Shown here: piece after piece, positions 41,001 to 52,922 of the stretch
Layout: every line of letters begins with the position of its first letter
How positions within the stretch are numbered: the stretch's first letter is position 1
NCBI GenBank assembly: GCA_002633005.1
Contig: NMRA01000004.1
Location: forward strand, 1,059,793 to 1,123,792
DNA: 64,000 bases
Reading direction: 5' to 3'
From: Phoronis australis
Lineage: Eukaryota; Animalia; Phoronida
Program-made: the position numbers and the translations under genes
The notes under the pieces: model-generated
The model's database searches: none
What the model was told of the DNA's origin: nothing
What the model saw: only the letters and a program-made list of their open reading frames with translations

Positions 41001-44000
41001 TCGCCGAGCGTGGTCGCGGTGAATAACGCCTGCCACTAATTTGCTAACTCAAAACTCACTTCTCACATAAGTAAGAAAGAAGTTGAAATTATCGTACATA
41101 CGATTCACGATGCCTCATACGGCTATATAGCCGTATGAGGTATCGTGAACGGAACGAGGGTTTGTAGCCACAGCAATCCGATCTCTTGATAAGTTGAACT
41201 CACTAAAGAAGTGGTGCATGTACGCAGTCTCTCTTTAGTTCTAAACCAATGCATATTGCGCATGAGAAACGTTGCTGTCACCTCTGTTCCAATTTCCGTC
41301 GCTTTCAGAATCTAATATTGGCTTTAGTTGAGCATCGGAAGGGAAGTGGTGGTTTTGGGTTGAAAAGTGCCGATTTTGTGTTTTTTGTCCCTTTTTTCTT
41401 AGTCTTTGCTTTTCGGTAGGATTGAAAAGGTCAAAATTACAAGAGAGAGAAAAGATTCTGTGCTCATCTGTAGCACTTTCTATGTGAAATGACTCAAAAC
41501 TTTTCTTTCTTTGCATACAGTTTTTGAAAGAGTTCAGAAAGAGTGACGAGTCCATTGGCGTGTGTTCTGATAAGCAAACATCTGTGAGAATTGTTCTGTG
41601 CCCCTTTCAGTGATAGCCTTTCCTTTTATTTGACAGGACAAGACTTTATTTGCCAAATCCTTAGACAAGGCGGGTCGTGAAGGTGGACAGTGTGGTCTAC
41701 TTGCAAGCATGTATCCTGCCGTACAGACAGGTATAAGGAAATGGAACCTTACCAAATAGGATTTCAAAGTCATATAAATGGAACTAGGGACTCGGGTTGC
41801 TACGCTCGATTCTCCTGGAGTGTAAAAATCAAGTTAATTTCCACTGTCACGTCTAATCTAGAATAAGTTTGGATTAAAATTGGCAAGCAAACCTTTTGTG
41901 TTGGTATATAATACTGTGGTTAAGCTGGTCAGAGCTTACAGTCACGCAAAGGAATCAACACCGAATGAGGTGAAAATTAAGCCTAATGTCTCTGACAGTC
42001 AACCATTTTTCTCCATTTGAAGTTTTTGGTGAAAGTATGTCATAGAAAACACATCTGCTTTACGACATTTGTTGAATGTCGTATGCACATAGTGACGTAG
42101 TGAGACGTAGGCGCAGCCAACCACCTTTTGGCATGTGAACGTAGCGCCTACGCACCGTAAGTTACGTTCAGTGCTCAAGGTGATGATGTGGGCTTTGGGC
42201 GCCTACTTAATTACCTCTAATTTTACCACTACAACACTGGGGCCAGGCGCACTGTTTACAACATAATTACTGGTCGGATTACGTGAGCTTATCAGGTGAA
42301 AGCAGGCAATAAGAGAGATGAACTATGTAAATACTGGTTTGTCAGTGTCAGACTGATAGTGACACGATTGTATCCCGACTGGCCGACCAGTCATTCGGGA
42401 TACTAATTCCACTGCGCGGGTGCGTAAAGGGTTAGTGGCGTTGCGTCCGCGTTTTGCGTAGTTCAACTTGCCTAATGACGTTCTAACCTAACCACTGGGT
42501 GGAGTTTGTTGCCTTGTCACATATCGACCAATGCACGACCAATTACGCCGAAAGCGATTATCCCGATACCTTTATCGATCGATTTTTCATCAGGACGATA
42601 GTAGCAAATGGTGATTTTTACGCAGACGCCCGTTTAGCGCTTCCGATAATCTCCTGGCTGTCGGCCGATGTAGTGACCGTTTTTTGCCGTTGTCTCATCT
42701 CATCGCATGCCTGCTTTATTGCTTTATGTGATGAACGTGTATGTGACACAATAGTGAAATCGGAGATGGTAGACTTCCTTACATATTGCACGACAGCTTA
42801 ATTATGTATTCATTCGTGAAATGCCTCCTATACAACTCCTCACAAACTAAGGTGACAACATTGTCAGTTTCGAAGGATAGGGGATGTCAAGGCATGCTCA
42901 TCTTTAGGCCCGGTTGCTTCGTTCATCGGCATAAGTTTACGTGATTCTTAAGGTCTTCTTGAAAATAGCGAGGACCCATAGATGTAAGGGATGCTACCGT
43001 GTCATTTTTCTTCTGGTCAGTGCTTTTCATATACAGAAGGCGTGTAAAAGTGTCGACTTCGTTGAACACCAGTGACAGCCACAACTTTTTAAGACTTTCC
43101 GAAGGTTTCACTTGTAAATGTATTGGTCCTTTAATTCAAAGTCCAGACCACTTCTAACTTGTGAAACAAACTAAGAACCGAATCAACTTGTATACACAAA
43201 TGATATTGTTGTCTGCACTTAATCTTGTGAAATGCTGCGTTAATTCGTCAATGAACTAAACCTCTTGCGAGTTTCTCGACTGAACAAAGTCGCCAACTCG
43301 TGCCCTGAGATCGCATAACTTGTCTGTGATCGTGGACATAGAAAACCAAAGTTCGGTCTTATAGTAACAGGTTGGCACTACGGCGTTTAGGAAAGTGGGA
43401 CAAAAATCTACTTTATTTCTTATCTTGTAAAAAGTTTGTGATCGAAGAAAAAAGGAAATCAGTTGTTTCTAATAATTCCAAACATGTTCTCCGCATACCT
43501 GAGTGTCGGAGTGTGACTAGGGTCCTCTTGGAAATTAAGAAGTTGTTAAAATCTCCTGGAAAAGGTAACCGCATATAGTGATTTGGAGTGGTTGAGGTCT
43601 GTGTTGCTTGCTGAAAACAATGCACGCGATGTTCAAAATGGCCATGAGTCATGTTCTGGCATTAAAGAGGCATGGGGCGCGAAAGATCGTCAAAAATATC
43701 TTTTAAACAATTCACGTCAAATGTACCATCTCTTCTAGTACAGAGTAATCCACTTTCCCTTGTGAGGAAATTTCCAGAAAAAATCACAGAATTCGCGATT
43801 TTTGAAATACGCGGTAAGGGAGAACTTTGTGGTTAACACAGAGTTTCTAATCTCCCTCCCACTTACGATAAATGCACGCATGCGCTCACAGTCAGTGGCT
43901 TGAAGTCGCTTGAGGTCAAAGGTCATAATTCCCATATAATGGAAATGTGATACGTCTATGTCTTGCCATACCAAGTAAGAAGACGTCCTTTGCCTTGTCA

Positions 44001-47000
44001 GTGGGAGAAAAATCGACGAAGTGGCGAGCAGTTGACAGATCGTTTTTTTTTGAAATATGAAACTAATGCTTTGATATCAACAGAAATCAAAAATCTTTAC
44101 GCACAAATCCTAAAATACTTGATGAGCTGCTTGAATTCTGTTTCAGTGGCAGAGAGCCACTTTCAATATTTCAATTTAGTCTGTTTATTGCGTTCCAGGC
44201 CTCTTTGAAAACGAATCAGGCGTATTTGCTCATCCTATGTAACGTCACTGCATACTTATTCCATGTTTGACTTTAAAGTGGTTACAATAAAGCGCCTGGA
44301 ATTCCCCTGATAACGATATTGCCTTCGCAACTGCGTGGACTTGTAAAACATAGAAGTTCATGGCTACTATAATACTAACCTGCCGTGAAAAGCAACTAAT
44401 CATGCTGTTGGTCCGAAGCTAAAACTACGTGTCCTTTCTTCGGAAGTCTGGAAATCATTTCAGTCTGAGTAAGGATAGTGATTTTACATCAGTAAATATC
44501 CAAAATTGAAAGTTGATTTTGACAGAAGGAACAACTGCAAGGCACTCCCCCCTCCACCTTACCCCCTCTTTCTTCCTACCTCCCTCCCTCATCTCTCTCT
44601 ATCTTCCTCTGCCTGTCAAATACGGCACTTCCATCTTCATGTGCCCCTTTTCCATCTCTTTCTATTCGCCTGGACTTGACTCATGCCTACATTTACATGT
44701 ACATTCATTTACATTTTCAGACAAGCTAAATTCCGAACACAGACTAAGTGCTCACACAGACTATGGTATGATCACGCTTGTCTACCCAGCGACGTCTCCC
44801 GGTCTTCAGGTAGGGTATTCTCGAGTTGTGACAAGCCACGACTTTGAAGATATAACGTAGGCCTAAATTTCCATTTTTTATGCTTTTTACTATCAAATAC
44901 CTATAGCTAAATGATTGCCGGTGCAAATAAAAACACATGTATTATAACTTCTTGTTAGAAGAGGCATAGACTAGCCTACACGAAGTTAACAACTGATTGC
45001 TGCCGTGCGATATTTTTATGTTTTTAGTTTTTCCATAAGATGGGAGACCAGTGGATTGACGTTCCTTATTATGAAGATGGTATCATTCTCCATGTTGCCG
45101 ATTTGCTGCAGCGCTGGAGTGCAGACAAATTCCATTCGGTGGTAGGTTGAAACTCACTGATTATCGTGAATACCAAGGAAGTATACAGTTAAGGCAACCA
45201 AAGGGTCCGACATTCGCTCAACGATAAACATGTGCTATATTCCAAATAAGGGTACTTCAGTCAAACAGTCTTTATGTGACACCATGAGTCATAACGACTG
45301 GAGTTCAGTAACGCTAGGACCTAAGCTGGTACCGGCCTCGTTAAAATCTAGCCAAGGTCACGTGTTCCCATTTGACATACAGGGCCATAAAATGTTTTAC
45401 CTTACTGAACTCCATCCAGGATTCAACACTCTTGTAATAAATGAAAGTTCCCGATTTTGATTCGAATGGTTACATAACGTCAGCGTTTACGCGTTCACCA
45501 AAAGTGTGACGTACCACAATTCACTAAGAAAGTGACAAAAAATCTAAAATCTTAAGGCTGGGTTTGAAGTCTCCACCTGCAATCTGAGATTGCATTTGAC
45601 GAGCTGGTATTGGCCAAATTGGATATTCCATGGAACCTTCTAGCTTAGGTTCAAGTCCATATTCCTCGGCAGCCGGCACTGAATTGTGCGAAGAGAAAAT
45701 TTTATTGTCTATTGACTTTTTAATATTATGTGCACACCGTTCCGGGCACAAACTACAGCCAGAAGCTAGATCAGAAATAGGTGTTACTGTTCGTTTCTAC
45801 TCTCAGTGGTACAAAGTAAAGGCGACTATTGTGTACTCGATGTCTCAAAATAGTATTTGCAACCCATTGAACATGTAAAAAGTTTGCTACTCAGAGAATA
45901 AACTCAGCGACAATTTTCAATTCACAGAAACCAGTTTTCAAAACGAATATTTGGAATCGCTACATCAAACCATGAACTTTAAATAAGTGCAGTTCCTGTA
46001 CAGGTAAACTTTAAACAGGACCTCCGAAGCACCTCACAAGTCTGTGTGCCCCCAAAACACACTGTTCTCTTTGGTGACATCCTTAAGAGGATACCGAACC
46101 CGGTGTTGACCTATGAGCACAACTGATATTGAAAATGACTTTCCGATCCAGTTCTTTGAAACCCTCGACAACCCTCAAATGTTTGGAGGAAAATTTTGAA
46201 ACTCCTAATAAACGGGAAAGCATGACCTACGCTTTTAGCGAATTACACGGCGACTGTGGGAGAAGACCACCCACCAAGGAGCACAATGTCCAATCTGTGA
46301 CACAGGAAGTATGAGTTTTTAGTTGATTACTGCCTTTAACTTGACACCAATGATGAATTATCAGGTGACCAGAGCAAGGATTGGTTGATATCATCAAAAC
46401 AAGGTTTAGTATCCTTTTAAGAAATGTAATGGGCTTTGCTGCTGAAAAAAACACCACAAAGAGAGGATTCTCATAGCTTAACGACGGTCTTTCTGAATCA
46501 CCGGCGCATTGAAACAAGCGATGCCGGTGTGAGTATATATTTTACTCAAATCCTGTCTGGAACAGCCTCCACTACACCACGATTCCTTGTATAGTGAAAG
46601 ATTCAGTTCCTGATTTTTTCAAATGATGCTCTGTTATTTACGTCATACGAAATTGTCCAAATTTTCACATGTTGTTGAGGCTGTTGAATGTTGCTCCATG
46701 CACCGTGGACTTTGTGAAATATAGTTGGTTTTTCTGAGGATACCTGTTGAAGCTGAACCTCCTTCGCTTTCGTGCACAACATTTTACTACAACTGTGATT
46801 TCTTTTTCCAAATTTGAAAAGTTAGAATAAAATCGTTAGTATTGGCAGAATTACAAACAGTGGCATATATTGCTTTTCAAAAACATTACATTTACATGCA
46901 TGTTGTCAAAATTATTGTTTCAGCGTCATCGAGTCGTGGTGCCCAAGTCCCCAACTGATCAACAGAAACCTCGTCAATCTCTTGTTTTCTTTGGGGATTG

Positions 47001-47109
47001 TGACGGAGACACTGTTGTCACGTGTTACGACGGGTCCAATAAATATCCTCCAGTTGTGGCGAAGGAGTACATACTCGAGAGAATCAAGGAATCACAAAGC
47101 AGTGCATGA
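38032..47109 (+). CDS. 2-oxoglutarate/Fe(II)-dependent dioxygenase (DIOX_N + 2OG-FeII_Oxy, IPNS-like family), ~327 aa, 8 exons
   Basis: Exons 38032-38208, 38996-39114, 39517-39601, 40429-40548, 41637-41730, 44721-44809, 45028-45141, 46924-47109. Motifs: IPKIDF, ALSTVGYLVLVNHGV, FFELPEDAK, AWP, AHTDYGMITL (HxD), PGLQ, DLLQRWS, HRVV (distal His), RQSLVFF (RxS), KYPPV. Confidence 0.93.
41104..41149. repeat. 46-bp near-perfect palindrome
   Basis: TTCACGATGCCTCATACGGCTAT|ATAGCCGTATGAGGTATCGTGAA; one mismatch and no loop. Confidence 0.9.
43666..44204. mobile_element. Possible Kolobok-type MITE (TTAA target)
   Basis: TTAA|AGAGGCATGGGGCGC...GCGTTCCAGGCCTCT|TTGA; imperfect TIR and decayed TSD. Confidence 0.45.
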
Positions 47110-47540
47110 GGAAAACATGGAATTTGGAAGACCCAAATTAGTGACAATCCACAGAATCAACAAGGGGCAAAGCATGACTGCAGAAAACACCCTGAATGGA
47201 ATTTTAAGTGGATACAAAATTTTCAACGAAGCCATGGTTTTATTCTTGGTTTGTGTTTTAGAAAGAGTTGGAGTGACTAAAAATGATTAAAAGATGCGAA
47301 ATTGGCCCTTTTTTCTCACCACAATCACTAACCCCGTCCCAGAGTGGAATTGTTTAGTTCAGAATTACGAAATAGGGAAACCTAGCGGTCTGCATTTGCA
47401 GTCACTGAGAACCACGGACAATGATGTTGCTGAAATTCGGGGTGTGGCTTGCTAGCTTTATTGTCTGGACGAAACCATCAATCTGAATAAGCGAATAAAC
47501 ATTGGTAATTTATAATGCAATTGTGTTTTTGTGTTCGTGT

Positions 47541-47690
47541 CATGGGCGGCGCAGCACTGAAAAAAGTGGGGGGCTAAAGCCCACTCAGCACCCCTGTGGT
47601 GCACCACCTATAGACCATGTGCGGCGTAGCACTGAAAAAAGTGGGGGCTATACCCCTTCCCATCCAGCCCCTTATGGTGCGCCGCCCATG
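47541..47690. mobile_element. MITE family A copy, 5-bp TSD CGTGT
   Basis: 150 bp, same TIR and dimer structure as 5385-5534; CGTGT on both flanks. Confidence 0.85.
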
Positions 47691-48114
47691 CGTGTACATT
47701 GCAAATGGCTACCAAAGCAACAGGACGGCGATGAACATTACTTGTTCGACATTTTAACACAGTCACCCGGGCCCGTAATCGATTTTGTGCCCCCCCCCCC
47801 GTGGTGATCGATCCCTCCTTGTCTACGCCTCTGGCTAAAATATACATTGAGTTTTTAATAAATCATTGTCCCCAATGAACTCTCGCACCCAATTACACGT
47901 TGCTTGTATGAGGCGCTGCTCCGGATATAGCGCCGGTACAATGTATGCGCGCCTCCGGCCGATGGTCCCTGATCTGTATGGGGCCGTATCTATTGATTTA
48001 CTTTTAAGGCACAAATCGGTCTGCAAAAAGCAACAAAATCGATTACAATTATTCTCAACTCTTTCATTAAAACCACAGAATCATTAATAAAGTTCACACA
48101 ATCGTGCGAAAAAC

Positions 48115-51100
48115 CTAATCATCACCCTGACCAAACTCTTCCACACAAAGTACATTACAATTGGTACCAGCCTCGCTTTCCTCCTCTAATTTGTCCGAGG
48201 CTATACAACCAAACTCTTCCACACACAGTACATTACATTTAGTACCGCCATCGCTTTCCTCCTCTAATTTTTCTGGTGCTACACGACCAAACTCTTCCAC
48301 ACAAAGTACATTACAATTGGTACCAGCATCGCTTTCCTCCTCTAATTTGTCCGAGGCTATACAACCAAACTCTTCCACACACAGTACATTACATTTAGTA
48401 CCGCCATCGCTTTCCTCCTCTAATTTTTCTGGTGCTACACGACCAAACTCTTCCACACAAAGTACATTACAATTGGTACCAGCATCGCTTTCCTCTTCTA
48501 ATTTGTCCGAGGCTACACGACCAAACTCTTCCACACACAAAACATTACATTTGGTACCGCCGTCGCTTTCCTCCACTAATTTTTCTGGTGCTACACGACC
48601 AAACTCGTCCACACACAGTACATTACATTTGGTACCGCCATCGCTTTCCTCCTCTAATTCTTCTGAAGCTACACTACCACCTTTGAAGTCTACATGTTTG
48701 CGATAAATCAGACCAAGCAACTTCAATAATATTTCTTCCATATCTCCACCATTCCCTTCCGATTCCCAAACCTTAATCGCCTGATGATCACCCTTTGCAT
48801 CTCTATCAAATCCGTCCGAAACTATGTGCAGATGGAAGCGTTCCTTGGCAATTGCGTGGTGTGCCTCTTCGTTCGTGCCCGACTCCTCTGCAGCGCTGTA
48901 CATGTCTTCCATGTCTATGGGGTTATCGGAATCAGACATCATGCCGGGAAATTCACTGAAATTATTGATGCACTCCATTTGATCGCGACTGCTATGAATA
49001 TCGTTATCTTCTTCGGGATCCATTCTGGTGCTCCTTTTCATCGCTGACTTCGAATACATAGGCCTATTTGCCGGAAGGTCTTTGTATGGCGCCTCTCTGC
49101 AAAGTGTATAGTGTAATGGTCACGACAGGCTGCAGATGGCGTATCATTTGATGAATTTAAGTCACTAATATGAATAAATGCTTGGGTAAGGATCAGTGGA
49201 TCAGCTGCGAGCAGTGAACTTGGTCAAGCAACAAGAATAAGGGGCGTTCACGCTCGGTTTTTCCAGCGATCAACTTTGAGACAACTTACATTTTGTGTTC
49301 TCGCTCAGTTTCTGCGGTGCATTTCTCCAGTATTTCCGCTAGCTTTGCTTCACAATCGTTGGCGATCTTGTCCAGTCTCGAGAGATTCTCGTTAATGCTC
49401 TGTTTTGAAGGAGAAACAACAATGTTAAACATGCAACAGAAAATGCAAGGCGGTGTCTTCAGCATTACTAGTTTGTATATCGTTGACAAAAGATTGTTTT
49501 CGGGTTTAGTTCTCGATATTTTTGTGCACTCGGTCATTTGATATTTTCGTGTCCATTTTTTTAAATGTTATCACATGCTATTAAAGGCAATTAACTTACC
49601 TTTCGAAAACTGGCATCTTCGTTATCCAATTGATCTTTCCAATATCGCAACTTGTCTGTGGTCCTGTACTCGGCGTCGCTAGTGGCAAGGTCTAGACTTG
49701 TTCCCCTCTCTTTGCGATCTTTTTGTTTTGCGTCTTTCTGCAAACAAATTATTCGTTAGATTAAGACATAGGTGCATTCAGAAAGGCAATTGGTTTTGCG
49801 AGACTGGTGTGATCAAGGTTTGTCAGTGCTTGTGTTCTGCAAGCTAGCCGTTTTTCAAACATGTAATCGCAAAATGGCTGACGCAGAAAGTGGTAGTACG
49901 TATTCGTTGGAAAGTTAGTAAACGGTACGAAAACACCGAAAATGCTCACTGCATCCGCTTTCTGTCTTTCCTGATAGCGCCCCATATTTGTGAAAGAACA
50001 TCGCAGCCGTTTGGACTATGCATGGCGGTTGGTGAAACAACGCCTGATGGACTGTCTGCTAGTGAAATATCTCTTTAGAGCTGTAGTTCATGTCAGGTTT
50101 CGTAACAAAGTGGGCTATGGAGTAATTTAATAAGCAGTGACAAGTCATCGAGCAATCATTCTTCTAAGGAATAACGCGTTTGCGTACACTCAAAAGGCAA
50201 ATTTGTGATGATACATGTTCGTTAGTGCACAACACAAATGCAGCCTTTGCGACTTTATTCCTGAAAAACATCAATACTGTGTTCACTTACCTTTAAGTAG
50301 TGGCGCACATTTTTCTCCATATTTCGTTTCTCGCCCATCAACTTAGATGTAGTCTTCCTCGTTTCTTTCATGTCTATACCTTGGAGGAAACTGCAAAATC
50401 AAAATTTTTGAGCATACTTATATAGTGTTTGCTTAAGAGATAAAATGCGTGTTAAATCACTTTTTAAAAGACGACAAAATGACAGACTTAACACACATGT
50501 ATACTTACCTCTTAATACTTCGCACGCGATCAACACTCTCTTGTTTTCTAATGTTGGCTGCTGACAGTGCATCCGAATTTGATTGTAATTCCTTCGCTAT
50601 CAAAATAAAAGCTGTCACGACCCTCGTGTCAGATTTATCCTTCAACCGATCCAGACGCTCGGTCAGCTTCCTGATGTTTTCTGCATGTCTTTCCTCCAAA
50701 TGCGCCTTCGCCTTCATGACACTTCTGAATTCTTTGAGAAACCTAAAAAAGCCAGATTGACTGCCCAGAAATGTTGACACTCTATTCTAAAACCCAGTTT
50801 AAACTGATGGCAATTATTATTTCAATGTAAAAGAAGACGCGCGTTACATAAGTGTTCAACTAAACGCTTGCGGGGACATTATCGGGTTCACGACCATCTT
50901 TACGGTTACTGTTAGATGAGGATAATTTCAGAAAAATTGTTTTCTCGCCGATGTCCTTGAAATCGAATCCTACATTCACTTAACTGTCTATCAATTGTGA
51001 AAGGTTTACATTACTCAAGAATACGTACTATCCGATATGTCGAAGAGCAGACCAAAACGACGGCGAATAAAAATAATACCTCGTTTGGGATTCAATGGTC

Positions 51101-51147
51101 CCAATTTTTTCATCAAAGATCCTGTCCAAACCCTCTTCGGTACTCAT
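48115..51147 (-). CDS. F-BAR/FCH-like coiled-coil protein with acidic linker and 7 Cys-containing 26-aa tandem repeats, ~543 aa, 6 exons
   Basis: Exons 51080-51147, 50509-50742, 50291-50390, 49600-49737, 49290-49399, 48115-49096; all GT-AG, phases agree and the total length is divisible by 3. The N-terminus GLDRIFDEKIG...RFLKEFRSVMKAKAHLEERHAENIRKLTERL...VVTAFILIAKELQSNSDAL resembles the FCH/F-BAR consensus. The 3' end could splice further. Confidence 0.75.
48130..48672 (-). repeat. Coding 78-bp tandem repeat, 7 units, with alternating A/B variants (156-bp higher-order unit)
   Basis: CCAAACTCTTCCACAC recurs every 78 bp (48131, 48209, ...); encodes EEESD[G/A]GT[K/N]CNVLCVEEFG[R/C][V/I]A[P/S][E/D]KL. 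Confidence 0.95.
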
Positions 51148-51399
51148 TTTCTCACTATTGTCTATAATAGTCTGTCCTCAAATACACTCGGTGAGTTGAC
51201 GTAACAGTTAATGACGTGTCATATTATGACTTGCGTCACTTTGCCGGTACTTGCAAGACTGATTAAGAATCTGTTGGTATGCGTAACGGAAGTCGTCATC
51301 GAGGCTGTGCACGTGTAGGCCTACATGAGTGCATATAATCGCAAAAATAGGTCACTTCTTCTACACCGGGTGTAATATCACGATTCAAAAATGGTGAGC

Positions 51400-51953
51400 A
51401 ATAGAAACAAATTAACGAGTTAACTAATGTACCTCAATTTTTCAGGTTAGACTTGAACAGCAATAAAGTTTAATGCAAGGAGCGAAATATATGTCCTTGG
51501 TTGGACCTTTTTTGGTGAGGCGGTCATGTTTTAGGTGTGTAAGTCGTCAGTCCCATTTATGGGTCCGTAAATTCCATTTGATCATAGGCCCTGTTTTGTG
51601 GTAAGTCAGTCCGATTTGGAAGGCTGGTGGTCCTGTTTTGCGTCCGGCTGCCATGTTGCCATCCCAGCTGTGGCAATACTTTTATTAAATTGTCAGTTCG
51701 TGTACTTGATCTAGCAGAGTTTTGGAATTATGTCGTTCTTTCACTGGATGTCTGTGCATGAGGGTGAACGGTAAAACAAAACGAAATAGTTTTACTGATA
51801 TTTGCTACGTGACTGCTTGAAGCAAACATCTATTTTTCTAACGCATTGTCTCGTATTTTGATTCAAACTCTGTACATAGCTTATGGGGATCCAAGAGAGT
51901 GTTTTACAACAAGAGTCGGTCTGTCTGAGAATGTAAAAGAGTTGCTGCAACCG
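51400..51953 (+). pseudogene. Decayed paralog fragment of the 2OG-Fe(II) dioxygenase (exon 2 and exon 3 remnants)
   Basis: 51880-51953 encodes YGDPRECFTTRVGLSENVKELLQP between AG and GT, versus YSDPRECFASRVGLDENGQKLRR in exon 3 of the intact gene. About 51430-51523 reads QFFRLDLNS, then after a frameshift LGWTFFGEA, versus TFFELPEDAK...HGWIKLGQEG (weaker match). Confidence 0.65.
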
Positions 51954-52125
51954 GTAGAAGTTACAAAAATGTTAATAAAATGGCGAAAATACAATAGTTT
52001 TTCAAATAATACGTGTATGCGAAAGCAAAAGTATTTTTGACGCGAACAGTTTTTATCTTTGTAGTAAAACATAGGGGTATAGGTTTACGAGTTGATAGGA
52101 ATATCAAATTATTTGAAATCATATA

Positions 52126-52373
52126 CATGCGCGCACCCAGAGGGGGCTCGAAAGAGCCCCCACCATTTGGCGAAGTGGACAAAAAGGTCCGCACCAGAGA
52201 AACAAAACGTCCGAGAAAACAAGACAAAAAGTCGACCAAAAAGGCGCAAACGCACAATTCACAGCCCTGGACGTGGTACCCCGTTTTTTTAGTCCTTCGG
52301 ATTTTTTGTCGGTAAAAGGTCTCCACATCATCGGAAATTCGAGTCCCCATATTAAAGGCTGGGTGCGCGCATG
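52126..52373. mobile_element. MITE family C full copy
   Basis: CATGCGCGCACCCAG...CTGGGTGCGCGCATG; flanks ATATA and GTATA (4 of 5 match); homologous to ~40603-40830. Confidence 0.8.
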
Positions 52374-52922
52374 GTATAACTATATGTTATGACAAATATT
52401 AGACAAGATGTGTCTTGCTCGGAACAACTGTCATAAAGTAATATGCCTGCTTATTGTTGATGTGTCGAAATCTACTCATTGCGCCCATCGCTCCCTTCTT
52501 TCCATGAATGCAACTTGTGACCTGGCTGAGCACAACACGGAGAATAAACCTGCAAAGCATACGAGTACCGTGGTGATAGAGTAAATGTCCGCCATACCAA
52601 GTTATGCATAGTAGACTGGGGTAAAGAATCATTGGGTTTCTAATTTGGTCTACAATACAGCTGTTCCTATGGTATCAGTGTTTATGACATATGCCCAAGA
52701 TGGCAGAGTTTCCATAATCCATGGACCGGGGTCTAGCTGACGGGATCTGCCGAACATTTTGGCTTGTCTTGACTAGCGCTATTTGTTACTGCTGTGCTTT
52801 ATGTGTGAATAGACTGTGAGTCATGAGAAATACCAAAATTATCTCGGCCACAAGAGTAGGCACAGGTTTTTACTGTTGGATGTTTCCAGACAATCCGAAG
52901 TTCCAACAAAGACTAAGCGCGC

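Noticed and set aside
40347-41026. 125-161 aa ORFs in the dioxygenase intron (and similar ORFs at 51961-52350)
   Set aside because: They run through MITE family C sequence; no transposase motifs.
1749-47109. Animal beta-lactam biosynthesis/resistance cluster (IPNS-like oxygenase plus beta-lactamase-like gene)
   Set aside because: Both belong to large multifunctional families, lie about 27 kb apart with unrelated genes between them, and no NRPS/ACV synthetase is present in the window.
47835-48026. Possible extra terminal exon of the F-BAR-like gene
   Set aside because: An acceptor exists near 48020, but no strong phase-matching donor was found before the 48115 stop; left unresolved.
48161-48706. 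181-aa Ser/Thr-rich plus-strand ORF
   Set aside because: Antisense shadow of the 78-bp repeat; it is open only because the unit lacks a stop in that frame, and the minus strand has the splice-supported gene.
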